From the NCBI GenBank assembly GCA_038087875.1, contig JAXLNO010003705.1, forward strand, positions 1 to 64,000: 64,000 nucleotides of DNA. Direction: 5' to 3'. The DNA is from Malacoraja senta (Eukaryota). The notes below the pieces were generated by a model. That model was not told where the DNA came from and made no database searches. It was given only the letters and a program-made list of their open reading frames with translations. Shown here one piece after another: positions 37,988 through 50,320 of the stretch. The position numbers were made by a program, and so were the translations under genes. The stretch's first letter is position 1. Every line of letters starts with the position of its first letter.

Positions 37988-39410
37988 TCAGATTCCGGCT
38001 AGTTTATCATGCACCAGGGTGCAACAACATTCCTTGTTGACAAGAAGCTTAGAGTAAACAATATACATATAATAACAAATAAATGAATGCAAAACAGCAG
38101 AAGTGTGTAAGATTATTGTGCAAAAACAGACCTGTGCAAAATAATGTAAAAATACAATAACTGAGTAACCAAATGATTTAGAATTAACAGTAAAAGCACA
38201 TGGCAGAGCTCCAGGAATGGGATGTCTTTGGAGTGTGGGAGGAAACCGAAGATCTCGGAGAAAACCCACACAGGTCACGGGGAGAAAGTACAAACTCCGT
38301 ACAGACGGCACCCGTAGTCGGGATCGAACCCGGGTCTCTGGCGCTGCAAGGCAGCAACTCTATCGCCGTGCCACCGTAGCTGCCCAAATTGGTTCAAGAG
38401 TTTGATGGAAGTGGAGAAGAAACTGATCTTAAGTCTTTTAAGCTCCTGTATCTTTTCCAGAAACAGGTAAAGAGAAAAGGGAATGGCCAGGGCAACAGAC
38501 ATCCTTGATACTTCCAGGTTTCCTGATGCAACACACCATGAAGATGGAAGGAAACAACGTGCTTGCAATGAACTGTCATGCGTACACCTCTCTTTGCAGA
38601 ATCAAGCAGTCAAGAACAAAGTAGCTGCCATACTAGGCGGTGATGCATCCAGCCTAAAATATTTCCTAGAGCATATCTATTGAAGTGCAAGATAATTCTC
38701 ATGGACATGCCGAAGCATCAGATACCTAAGAAAATAAAATGCTTATTTGCATTCTTGGTCACTGCATAAACATGTCGGGACCAGGATACGTTGCTAGTGA
38801 TAGGGATGCCTTGTAACGTGAAGCTGTCGACCATCTCTACAGCAGCTCAGTTGATGAGGACAGGGGTGTGTGTTTACTGCCGTGCTTCCTTAGTTCAACA
38901 ACCAAGTCTTTCATCTTGTTGATATTATGGTTAGGTTATTGCCCTAATACCAGGACACACGGTTACCAAACTCTTTCCTATTCTGTGTCTCATTGTTATT
39001 GCAGATCCAGCCCACAACAGTATCGGTGAACTTAAAAGATTGAGTTGGTGTTGTACGTGGCCATAAAGTTATGGCTGCACGGGAGAAGAACAAGGGATCT
39101 AGCACACATCCCAGTGGGGTACAAGTATGCAGGATCAATATGGAGGAAATGGCATGACTAATTCAAACTGACTGAGACCTAGGGTCAAGAAGTCTAGAAC
39201 CGATAGCAGATGGAGAGTCCAAGGCCAAGATTCAGAGGTTTAGGGATTAGCTTACTTGGTATAATAGTAACAAAGAATGAGTTGTAGTCAATGAATAGTA
39301 TTCTGACATAGGTTCACCTACGATCTTGTTGTCAAGGTTATCCACAGTTGAATGCAGTTCAAGAGAGATTGCATCCTCCGCAGAACTATTATTCCTCTAC
39401 TCGAATTGCA
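37988..39410 (-). mobile_element. Decayed Rex1/Babar LINE interrupted by a SINE
   Basis: TPLGCVLDPLFFS and KFTDTVVG..NNET resemble the GAPQGCVLSPLL and KFADDTTVVG RT motifs; KRYRSLK C-terminal motif. Confidence 0.75.
38222..38385 (-). mobile_element. V-SINE 5' half
   Basis: Minus strand gggcagctacggtggcacggcg..cccgggttcgatcccg..ggtttcctcccacactccaaagac. Confidence 0.88.
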
Positions 39411-40076
39411 GGAGGTTCAAAACATGAAAACCAAAACAAAATGTTGAAAGGAAGGAATGGAAGAAAACAGAGGGAATGATTTAAATGCAAGCGAATAGCA
39501 TACTTCTTTGCTTTTCTATTTCCGAGATGCATAGCTAAAAAAAAAAATCATGAATATTCAAAAGATCTCTCCTTTCTCACTATAAAGATACAAGAAATAC
39601 TTTTCATACAATTTCCTATTTTACATAATTTCCAGTATATCTGCACACCATTCCTCCAAAATTCTCCACCAAAACAACCCAGCTGAAAAGGACCGACAAA
39701 ACAAATAAACAAAATGAGCCATTTATGATAGCATTTGTCTAAAATTAGCTATTTTAAACCATGAACAATGTGATACATACCTATTAAGAACATAAATATT
39801 CGAGGCAGTCATTATGTAAGATGGCCAGGTATAAATAGAACTTAAATTCAGCATTCAAACGGAAATATTTAAGCATTTAGAATTCATATTAACGTCACTT
39901 AAACCAATGAAGCCAACTTCATAATAATTATACTGATACCGCAATTTTCAAAACTGCTTCTCGATCATAATAGAAATTTATATTTCCTTAGTCGATTCAA
40001 TGAAAATTAAAAGATTTATTTGGTACAATATTCTGCCTCATTTCTGAAGTGACTAAAATCAAGAGTGCCACAAGAC

Positions 40077-40182
40077 TTTAGAGATACAACGTGAAAACAT
40101 GCTCTTCGGCCCACCCAGTCCGTGCCAACCAGGGATAACCCTGTACTCTTGCACTATCCTCCACACTAGGGACAATTTACAA
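40077..40182 (-). mobile_element. V-SINE 3' part
   Basis: tttagagatacaacgtgaaaaca...cactagggacaatttaca is the reverse of the SINE 3' half. Confidence 0.75.
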
Positions 40183-40221
40183 TATTGAATGCATGCAGTG
40201 AAGAATTACATAGGTGAGATT

Positions 40222-40316
40222 TGGGGGGGGGGGGAGAGAGGGGGAGGGGAAGAGGGGGAGGGGGAGGGGGAGAGGGGGAGAGGGGGAGAGGGGGGGGAGA
40301 GAGGGGGAGGGGGAGG
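40222..40316 (+). repeat. Pure purine (GGGGGA)n-like tract
   Basis: About 95 nt of only G and A, with more than 10 G-runs. Confidence 0.95.
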
Positions 40317-40589
40317 AAAAATCAGGAGAGCAAGCCAAGCTTTTAAATAAATTCCTTTGAATGAGACCTGCAAAGAGGTCACCTTCATTTCCCTTAATTA
40401 AACAATGCTATTTAAGAGTTCATGTGCTTATTAAATAGGTATAATTTTGGAATTCACTGAAGGCATGAACCAGGGTCACTTTAACAGTTCAAGTTTGCAT
40501 CGAAGAAAGAGAAACGCGAATTCAAAAGCATCATATCACAGTGTAAGTGTTTCTAAAGGCTTCTCACAACCACCTGGACCTTTGCTGTT

Positions 40590-41502
40590 TGCATACCTCT
40601 TTGTTGGTTATGTCGAACAGTCCTTGTTCCAAACACACACTGGGACCTGATGAAGGTTCTCGATCCGAAACGTCACCTATTCCTTATCTCCAGAAATGCT
40701 GCCTGACCTGCTGAGTTACTCCAGCATTTTGAGTTTATCCCCTCAACTCTTTCTCCACTACATTGATGATTACATTGGAGCTGCCTCCTACACCTGTCCA
40801 GAACTTATTGATTTCATTTATCACTAACTTCCACCCTGCCCTCAAATTCACTTGGACTATCTGACACCTCTTCCCCAGTCACAGGGCACAGACTATTGAC
40901 TGATATCTACTACAAACCCACCGACCCACACCTCCTCCCACCCGTATCTTGCAAAGACGCCATCCCCTACCCTTAAATTCTCTGTGTCTGCTGCATCAGC
41001 TCCCAAGATGAGGCTTTGCATTCCAGGACATCAGAGACATCTGTTTTTATATTTAATTTATTCCGATTATGTGTTTTTTTTTGGTTTTTTTGTGATTCTA
41101 TGCATTGTAAGGTGTCCTTGGGTTGTAGAAAGGCGCCAGTAAATAAAATGATTATTATTATTATTATTATCCTCTTTCTTTAGTAATGTGGATTCCCCCA
41201 TACTGTCATAGATGGATCCCTTACCTGCATCTCCTCTGTGTTGCGTAGTTCTGCTCTCGCTTCCCGCTCTCCCCAGACGGAATAAGATTTTCGTCTTTAA
41301 CCTTAGTCCTACCATCTGCCTACTATACCATCTGTATCCTCCTATTCCGAAGCCAATCTTTAACCTGGCCCTCATCTCTTCTTTCCCCCCCCCACCCCCA
41401 CCACAATCAGTCTGAAGAAAGGTCCCAACCCAAAAGGTCACCTATCCATGTTCTCCAGAGATGCTGCCTGACCTGTTGAGTTACTCCAGCACTTTGTGTC
41501 TT
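40590..41502 (+). mobile_element. Decayed Penelope-like element (RT fragment plus 3' terminal repeat) with two nested insertions
   Basis: AYLFVGYVEQSLFQ...PQLFLHYIDD RT motifs and HPALKFT. Terminal module at 41410-41502. Nested hammerhead module at 40647-40740 and L2-type tail at 41041-41170. Confidence 0.82.
41041..41170 (+). mobile_element. L2-type 3' tail fragment
   Basis: tgtaaggtgtccttgggttgtagaaaggcgcc, AATAAA, then (ATT)n. Confidence 0.7.
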
Positions 41503-42731
41503 TAGCTGAAATGTCACCTAATTCTCAGCAAAATCTTAGGTTATTGTTGGGTTTTATTTTTGGGTGATGGATTTCTACAGGGACAAAGCTATGGAGAGAT
41601 CTGGATACCAAAAAAAAAGCATAATTTTAAAATAATTGAACAGAAAGCCAATACCGTACAGGGAAAATTGGAAAGGACACATGGCTGGGTACCTGATTTA
41701 TCCACATTTCCAATCTACAACTGCAGCAATCAAAAATTACTTTAAGAAAGACAAATATTGCTTTGATCATGCAACTGAAAATCTTATTTTGTGAAGTACT
41801 TGTGTAAGCCCTCTGGTGGTAAGTAAAATATTCCATAAGGAACGATTGTGTTCAAGCGGTGCTTTCAGAAAATTCTTCATCTGTTAAAATGTAAAAATCC
41901 CAGTGGCAGTATACAGGTTGCAACTGACGTATTCCTAAAAACAGCAATTGAGGTTCCAAATCCCACCACTGTTAGGTAAAATCATTAGGCTCCGTCCGAT
42001 TCATAATTTAGCTAATTAGGCAAAATGAGCACTATTGCAATATTAACAAATTACACAATAGATTTGAACTGTTGCAAATGGAACATTCTAGCATAATTGG
42101 CCTGTGAAGTATTCAATGCCCAGTAAGCAGATAAAATTACAATTCCACAAACTCGGTATGTAAACCTAGCGAAAAAACTATAATAAATAGCTATAAAAAA
42201 TATAATAGCTATAAAAAATATAATAAATGCTTTTGTTGCAAAATGGAAGTAGTAATGACACAAATGTTGAACCAACAGTTTAAGGAAGCAAAGTCAAAAA
42301 GGCAGAGGGAAACCACAAGGACCAAAGTAATGGATTAATTCAGATCAGGATTCGCCAGAAATTTGCAAATAGATCCAAAACTTTCTTTAAAATAACACAA
42401 TGCAGTCAAAATGAGAAAACTGACTTGAATTCAGTACTCATTTGAACCCGATACATCACAAGCTGGGTTCTGTTTGACTTAATTGCTATCACCCAGAAGA
42501 TTAGCAAGCCATAATTGGTCTCGGGTGTTCTGGAGGATGAGAAACCAGAGGTAAGCAAGGTGGCTTGCTCTCAATTGGCAAGTCCAATGACTGCCTCCCA
42601 CTGCAGTCAACTATTCACCTTTTCTAACTACTGGATCATACAAATGGCCAAGATTAGTTAATGACCAGAGCTTTGCATTAAATATAGAGCACAGAAACAG
42701 GGTGATTAGCCAAACAGCCCTTGTGTTTATG

Positions 42732-42817
42732 AGTCTGAAGAAGGGTCTCGACCCTAAACATCACCCATTCCTTCTCTCCTGTCCTGCTGAGTTACTCCAG
42801 CTTTTTGTGTCTATCTT
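42732..42817 (+). mobile_element. Solo Penelope terminal-repeat element (hammerhead core damaged, GAAA to TAAA)
   Basis: gtctgaagaagggtctcgaccctaaacatcacc...gagttactccagc. Confidence 0.8.
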
Positions 42818-43020
42818 GTGTTTATGATCCATTGGCTAGTTTTGGTTTCTGTTGCCAAACAGTGCGATCTTCTATTTACTACTTACTATTTGCTGAGCTT
42901 TCCCTGAAACGTCATTCCATGTTCTCGCAATTATGAATAACATTTCTGCTGAACTGTTATTTGGATTTCTTATCTTCTTAGGAAAATGAGATTAAAATGT
43001 ATTCTGGGGAAACTATGCAG

Positions 43021-43120
43021 AGGTCTAAAGAAGGGTCTCGACCCGAAACATCACCTACTCCTTTTCTCCAGAGATGCTGTCTGACCTGCTGAGTTACTCC
43101 AGCTTTTTATGTCTATCTTC
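43021..43120 (+). mobile_element. Solo Penelope terminal-repeat element (hammerhead core damaged)
   Basis: aggtctaaagaagggtctcgacccgaaacatcacct...gagttactccagc. Confidence 0.8.
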
Positions 43121-45121
43121 AAATATCTAATCACTACCCTAGTGGTAAATTGGACAAAGGTTTCTGGATGAAAGAGTCACACAATTTATCCATTCTGCAA
43201 TTTAACTCTCAAAAATATTCCAACCCTACTTCTATCTATAGCGGAGATGTAAACTGCCTTTTGCCAAAAACCACAGCTGCTGGACGAATCAATTCCATGC
43301 CAAATTACTCATTCAGCCATGAACAATGGGAAAGCAGAGCAGGGGAAAATAACAACTACAACATACAGCATTAACAATAAACTAAAGGATCCCTGCAGAG
43401 ATCAATGACAAAACAAGTTTTCAACCACAATCACTATTTCAACCTAACCTTTAGATGATCACCTATAAACTCCACCCCTCCAAATGATTCTGATGCCAAT
43501 GACAATCAATGCTCACAGTACATGCAATTATCTTGATTTTAATTTTGAATTGCTAATATTACCTTTGCATTAGCATTTTTAACTAAACTCTGCAATAAAT
43601 AGGATGAGACAATGTGCAACATTAGTATGTACTTGATTGTTTTGTGAACCACATATTGCTCATTTTTCCCCTCAAATTTCAAAAACTCATGTGTTGCCAA
43701 CAGCTTGATTGCACAGCTCAGCGCATAGGCAATCACAATCTATGTTTGTACTACACCTCATGCACATCCAGTGCCCTCCATAATGTTTGGGACAAAGACC
43801 CATCATTTATTTATTTGCCTCTGTACTCCACAATTTGAGATTTGTAATAGAAAAAATGTGGTTAAAGTGCACATTGTCAGATTCTATTAAAGGCCATTTT
43901 TATACATTTTGGTTTCATCATGTGGAAATAAAAGTTGTGTTTATACGTAGTCCCCCCATTTCAGAGCACCATAATGTTTGGGACACATGACTTCACAGGT
44001 GTTTGTAATTGCTCAGGTGTGTTTAATTACCTCCTTAATGCAGGTATAAGAGAGCTCTCAGCACCTAGTCTTTCCATCACCGTTGGAAACTTTTATTGCT
44101 GTTTATCAAAATGAGGACCAAAGTTGTGTCAATGAAAGTTAAAGAAGCCATTATGAGACTGAGAAACAAGAATAAAACTGTTGGTGAGATCAGCAAACCT
44201 TAGGCTTACCAAAATCAACTGTTTGGAACATCATTAAGAAGAAAGAGAGCACTGGTGAGCTTACTAATCGCAAAGGGACTGGCAGGCCAAGGAAGACCTC
44301 CACAGAAGATGACAGAAGACTTCTCTCTATAATTAAAAAAAAATCCCCAAGCACATGTCCGACAGATCAGAAACACTCTTCAGGAATCAGGTGTTGATTG
44401 GTCAATGACCACTGTCCGCAGAAGACTTCATGAACAGAAATACAGAGGCTACACTGCAAGATGCAAACCACTTGCCAAGAAGTACTTTAAAAAAAAAGAG
44501 CAACCACAGTTCTAGAAAAAGGTCTTGTGGACAGACGAGACGAAGATTAACTTATATCAGAGTGATGGCAAGAGCAAAGTATGGAGGAGAGAGGGAACTG
44601 TTCAAGATCCAAAGCGTACCACCTCATCTGTGAAACACGGTGGTGCGGGTGTTGTTATGGCCTGGGTATGTTTGGCTGCTGAAGGTACTGGCTTACTTAT
44701 CTTCATTGATGATACAACTGCTGATGGTAGTAGCATAATGAATTCTGAAGTGTATGGACACATCCTATCTACTCAAGTTCAACCAAATGCCTCAAAACTC
44801 ATTGGCCGGCGGTTCATTCTACAACAAGACAATGATCCCAAGCATGCTTCTAAAGCAACAAAGGTGTTTTTCAAAGCTAAAAAATGCTCAATTCTTGAGT
44901 GGCCAAGTCAATCCCAGATCTGAACCCAATTGAGCATGACTTTGAAATGCTGAAGAGAAAATTGAAGGGGACGAGCCCCCGAAAAAAAGCATAAGCTAAA
45001 GATGGCTGCAATACAGGCCTGGCAGAGCATCACCAGAAAAGACACCCAGCAACAGGTGATGTCCATGAATCGCAGACTTCAAGCAGCCATTGCATGCAAA
45101 GGATACTAAACTACTAAACAT

Positions 45122-45957
45122 ACTAATCCTCCGACATTTTCGCCCAACAGATAATCCTCCAACATTTTCGCCACAATAGATAATCTTCCGACATTTTTGC
45201 CACATCCAACGGGATCCCACCACTGGCCACATCTTCCCATCTTCTCCCCTTTCGGCTTTCTGCAGAGACCGCTCCCTCCGTAACTCCCTAGTCAATTTGT
45301 CCCTTCCCACCCACTCCCCTGGTACTTTCCCTTGCAACCGCAGGAAATGCTACACTTGTCGCTTTACCTCCCCCCTTGACTCCATCCAAGGACCCAAGCA
45401 GTCTTTCCAGGTGAGGCAGAGGTTCACCTGCACCTCCTCCAACCTCATTTATTGCATCCGCTGCTCTAGGTGTCAGCTGCTCTACATCGGTGAGACCACG
45501 CGTAGGCTTGGTGATCGCTTCGCCCAACACCTCCGCTGAGTTCGCAATAACCAACCTGATCTCCCGGTGGCCCAGCATTTCAACTCCCCATCCCATTCCG
45601 AATCCGACCTTTCTGTCCTATGCCTCCCCCATGGCCATAGTGAGTCCCACCGCAAATTGGAGGAGCAGCACCTCAAATTTCACTTAGGCAGTTTACACCC
45701 CAGCGGAATGAACATGGCCTTCCCCAATTTCAGGTAGTCCTTGACTTCTTCCCCTCCCCAGCTCTCCTTCAGCCTACTGACTCCGCCTCTTCCTTTCTTC
45801 TTCCCCCCCCCCCCCCATCTCCACATCAGTCTGAAGAAGGGTCTCGACCCGAAACGTCACCTATTCCTTCGCTCCATAGATGCTGCCTCACCCGCTGAGT
45901 TTCTCCAGCATTTTTGTCTACCTTCGATTTTTCCAGCATCTGCAGTTCTTTCTTAAA
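45122..45957 (+). mobile_element. 5'-truncated Penelope-like retroelement (GIY-YIG endonuclease plus 3' terminal repeat) nested in Tc1
   Basis: PCNRRKCYTC...FTCTSSNLIYCIRCSRCQLLYIGETTRRLGDRFAQH (ORF 45297..45539), followed by the terminal module starting CTGAAGAAGGGTCTCGACCCGAAACGTC. Confidence 0.92.
45829..45860 (+). ncRNA. Minimal type-I hammerhead ribozyme motif in the Penelope terminal repeat
   Basis: CUGAAGA-A-[GGGU CUCG ACCC]-GAA-ACGU-C: conserved core, stem II hairpin, palindromic loopless stem III, GUC cleavage triplet. Stem I is only about 2 bp. Confidence 0.7.
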
Positions 45958-46315
45958 CAAAAATACTAAATATGACTACTTTCATTTACATGTGCCAAAC
46001 ATTATAGTGCCCTGAAATGGGGGGGACTACGTATAAACACTGCTATAATTTCTACATGGTGAAACCAAAATGTATAAAAACGGCCTTTATTAAAATCTGA
46101 CAATGTGCACTTTAACCACATGTGATTTTTTTTCTATTACAAATCTCAAATTGTGGAGTACAGAGGCAAATACATAAATGATGGGTCTTTATCCCAAACA
46201 TTATGGAGGGCACTGTATTGCATGAGGAATCATACACATGAAATGCCAATCCCAACTGTTCACATAGAACAGTTAATATTGGTGTTTTCTTGCCATACTT
46301 CATCTATACAATTTT

Positions 46316-46947
46316 TGTATTGTATTGTATTGTATTGTATTCAATTTATTGTCATTATCTCATTTTAGAGACAACGAAATGGATTTTCCTTACAGTCAAG
46401 TAACATAAAAATAAATAATAAATAAATAAACATTATTTTTTTTAAAAGCACAAACTCAGAAGTCCACACACAACATAATCCCACAGCGGCACCAAAGTTA
46501 AGGAAGGTGCCATAGTCCAGCCAGCCTCCCTGCCGATCTTCCCAGATGTTCACCCATGGTCGGGGCCTTCCGAGCACCCGCAGTCGCCGCCACGGGCGGC
46601 CCGATGCTCAGGCCCTCTCGCCGGGAACGGTGGAACCCCGACGCCGAACCCCGACGGAGAACATCCTCAGCGGCCCGGACCTCCAGATCAGCCGCCTCCC
46701 ACCGGAGTCTGCGGCTCCCGAAGTCCACAGGCCAAGCCTGGCGGAGTCGCAGGACTCCGCGATGTTGGTCAGCACCGCCCGCGTTGGGAGCTCCGCGAAC
46801 CACAGCTCCGCGCTGTTGGTGCAGCAGGCCCAGCACTCCGGAGCTCCAAACGCCGATCCCCGGGTAAGGCATCGCCCGCCCCGCGATGTTTCCAACGCTG
46901 CGCCGCTGCTGCTGGAGCTCTGGTCGGTCCCGGCAGGAAAGGCCTTT
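46316..46947 (-). mobile_element. GC-rich retroposon-like element of similar architecture, different sequence
   Basis: CpG-rich body; minus-strand end tgacaataaattg(aatac)n. Confidence 0.65.
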
Positions 46948-47109
46948 GGAATGAGTTCCAATGCATCTATTTGCAACCTAGGACAGTACTTGACTTCTCA
47001 ACATTGTAATGACCATGCAGGTTATAGTTCAAGCAGCATCTCAGAATTAATGCATTTAAATTTGTGAAGCAAATTACTTTTTTTTAAATAAAATAGTTTC
47101 AAGACACAA

Positions 47110-47650
47110 AAGCTGATTGTCAAAAATTGCAGTGGGATCTTGATCAGTTGGGCAGGTGGGCTGAGGAATGGTAATACAAATACATGTGAGGTGTTGCATT
47201 TTGGGAGCAATAACATGGGCAGAACCTACACAATAAACAGTAATGCTCTGGGGAGTGGTGTAGAGCAGAGGGATCTCGGAGTACAGGTACACAGTTTGTT
47301 AAAAGTGGCATCTCAGGCAGTTAGGGTGGTCAAAATGTCTTTTGGCACATTGGGTAGACACGCAGTCTCTTGCCCAGAGTAGGGCAATCGAGAACCAAAG
47401 GACATAGCTTTAGAGTGAGGAGGGGAAGATTTAATGGGAACCTGAAGGGTAACGTCTTCACCTGAACGAGCTGCCGGAGGAAGTAGTTCAGGCAGGTAAC
47501 ATCATTAATAATAAACATTTAGACAGGTACATGGATAGGACAGGTTTAGAGGGATATGGTCCAAATGCAGGCACGTGGGACTAGTGTAGATGGGACATGT
47601 TGGTCGGTGTGGGAAAATTGGGCTGAAGGGCCTGTTTCCACGCTGTAAGA
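47110..47650 (+). mobile_element. CR1 fragment with internal deletions
   Basis: CEVLHFG...RDLGVQVH (ORF 47140..47382); 3' UTR gggcctgtttccacgctgt. Confidence 0.82.
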
Positions 47651-49339
47651 CTTTATTTGCATCACACTTAAAGTATTTCAATGTTACCAATGTTATCGCA
47701 AAGAGCGAGCAACAACACGAGTCATGCCGCTCGTGCGTAGAAGAAAACTAGGCCGATGCCATGCTTCACATTTATTAGCCAATTGTACAGAAAATGCCAT
47801 CTATTGACAAAAATAAAGCACGTTTACCCGGCAGGGTATTGCTTATTTGAAAAAGGTAAGTAATCAAAAGCACAAGTTTAACAAACACAAAGTGATAAGC
47901 AAGTGGCTCCTCAGTCTTCACGAACAAATCTGCAGCATCTGAAAAGAACTTAAGTATAACCATTCACCCCTACAAGCCAATTTTAGAATTCAATTACACA
48001 TCAGCGGATCTGTATCAAAACTATTTACACAAATTGCACTATATGCCTACATTCTTTCTAGAAAAAAATCCATTAACATAGTCGTCAACATTTCAATTGG
48101 CACAGCATATTTGGCAAGCTGTGTTTCAATTCCAATTATACTGATGTTTCCTAGACTCATTTTCACCCTGGTCCTTTTCTCCCTTCATTTCACCTACAAT
48201 CACCACTGTTAACCGCATTATCTTCCTCCAAAACTTTGCTGCATAACACCGCTGAGTGAGAAAGCACATATCTTCATTTAAATTTTTCTCTAGCAATTTG
48301 TAGCCACATAATCATCTGGAATTTCTGCTCTTGCCCCCACATTATCACTGAGAGCTCCCAAATATTGGGGTTTCTTTTCTTATGCCTGCTGTCCCCAACA
48401 TCTTTGCACAGTAAAGCCCACAAGTACAGTGACAACACTCAGTCACAACTCACTTCTTGCAACCATTCCAAACTCTCAGATTTGAAATCTGTTAGATGAG
48501 CATAAATTTCCCCCAGATAAATATTAGGAAGACCTATATACATGTATTTCCTGCTACTAATCTCAGCAATCTGTCTACAACTGTAGGAATCTGACCCCAA
48601 CCTTTCATGACTCATTTGCAGAAACCGGTTCATACAATCACCATGGCTCCCAATCCCCAACTCCATAAAGTCCAACTCAAATCTCCAATCAAAACATTAC
48701 CCCACATGAACCCGAGATTTATTTGTTTCAATGTATGTTCTGGAATACCTCCTAACTGCTATAAAAAAAAATCTTATGCCATAACCAACTCATAACATGC
48801 ATCCCCCCCCGTCCGCCAAATTTCCATGTTGCTACTAATCATCTCAACCAATATAATTATTTCCACCCTTCCCTCCCCAACCAGGCTCCATCTACCCATC
48901 AACTCCTGCGCAACCTAACCCGCTTAACACCTGCCGGCTCTCGTCTCACCACTCCCCCTCACCCCTTTATGCTGGCCATCTCCTCTTTAAACTGTAAGTC
49001 TTGATGCAGGGTGTCAATATTTCTCTCTCTCTCTCTCTCTCGCCAGATGTTGCCCGACCCAGAGCATTGTCAGCATTTGTTTTCTTTCAAATCTGCATCG
49101 TCACCTCCTTACATATCCCCACCTCAGCTGCCAGTAACTATGCTTTCTACTGCTAGACTCCACTATTTGAAATTCTCTGAATCTCTCCAGTCATCCACCA
49201 TCCTGTTCTCTGGTTAGCATATGTAATGCATGGTGTAATGGAGATCAGTCCTGGACCCACAACATTTTACAAAGATATATAAATAACTTGAAGGCAAATG
49301 TATGTAAGATTAATGTAAGAAAGGAATGTGAACATGACC

Positions 49340-49641
49340 GTGCGGCAAGGTGGCGCAGCGTTAGAGTCGCTGCCTTACAGCGCCAGAGAACCGGGTTCGA
49401 TCCTGACTATGGCGCATCTGTACGGAGCTTGTATTTTTCCCGTGACCGTGTGGGTTTTCCTCGAGAGATCCGGTTTCCTCCCACACTCCAGACGTACAGG
49501 TTTGTAGGTTAATTGGATTGGTAAAATTATAAATTGTCCCTAGTGTGCGTAGAATAGCGTTAATGTGCAGATATCGCTGGCTGGTGCGGACTCGGTGGAC
49601 CAAAGGGCCTATTTCCACTTTGTATCTCTAAACTAAACTAA
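49340..49641 (+). mobile_element. Full-length V-SINE (HE1-like)
   Basis: A box ggtggcgcagcg, B box ggttcgatcc, V-domain, (aaact)n tail. Confidence 0.92.
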
Positions 49642-49911
49642 TCTTGCCAATAAAGGATGAAGCTTGGTTGTTCATCGTGAGAAAGCTGGTTATACATACG
49701 GTCAAATGCCTCTGTAGATGATCATTGTGAGAATAACACAGCAGAATTTACATTAAAGTTATTTGAACAAAAAATATGCAACATCAGTTTGTACTTCACA
49801 AACAGATTTTATTGATCCAATTTAAACCACAAGAAATCATACAACTGTTTATAATAAGGTTCATAATGTCAAGACAATTAATTTTTAAATAGCATTTAAA
49901 GTTTTCACATT

Positions 49912-50320
49912 ATGCCTCCCTTCCATCGAGGGGATCTATCGCAGTCGCTGCCTCAAAAAGGCTGGCAGTATCATCAAGGACCCACAGCATCCTGGCCACA
50001 CACTCATCTCCCTGCTACCTTCAGGTAGAAGGTACAGGAGCCTGAAGACTGCAACGACCAGGTTCAGGAATAGCTACTTCCCCACAGCCATCAGGCTATT
50101 AAACTTGGCTCAGACAAAACTCTGAAGATTAATAGCCCATTATCTGTTATTTGCACTTTATCAGTTTATTTATTCATGTGTGTATATATTTATATAATGG
50201 TATATGGACACACTGATCTGTTCTGTATTCATGCCTACTATGTTCTGTTGTGCTGAAGCAAAGCAAGAATTTCATTATCCTATCAGGGACACATGACAAT
50301 AAACTCTCTTGAATCTTGAA
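49912..50320 (+). mobile_element. Rex1/Babar LINE 3' fragment
   Basis: LPSIEGIYRSRCLKKAGSIIKDPQHPGH..LLPSGRRYRSL...FRNSYFPTAIRLLN; CAATAAA and (tcttgaa)n tail. Confidence 0.9.

Larger units (their letters stand above)
43769..46215 (+). mobile_element. Tc1 element of the same family, opposite orientation, interrupted by a Penelope-like insertion
   Basis: CAGTGCCCTCCATAA...TTATGGAGGGCACTG termini. Frameshifted transposase from ATG 44111 with WTDET, QQDND, WPSQS and LNPIE. The Tc1 3' end resumes at about 45958. Confidence 0.95.

Noticed and set aside
45124-45205. CRISPR-like array of 28-29 bp repeats
   Set aside because: Eukaryotic context, tandem units with no real spacers, and no cas genes.
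49340-49410. tRNA gene
   Set aside because: The A/B boxes are the head of a SINE that continues into the V-domain and tail; there is no complete cloverleaf.
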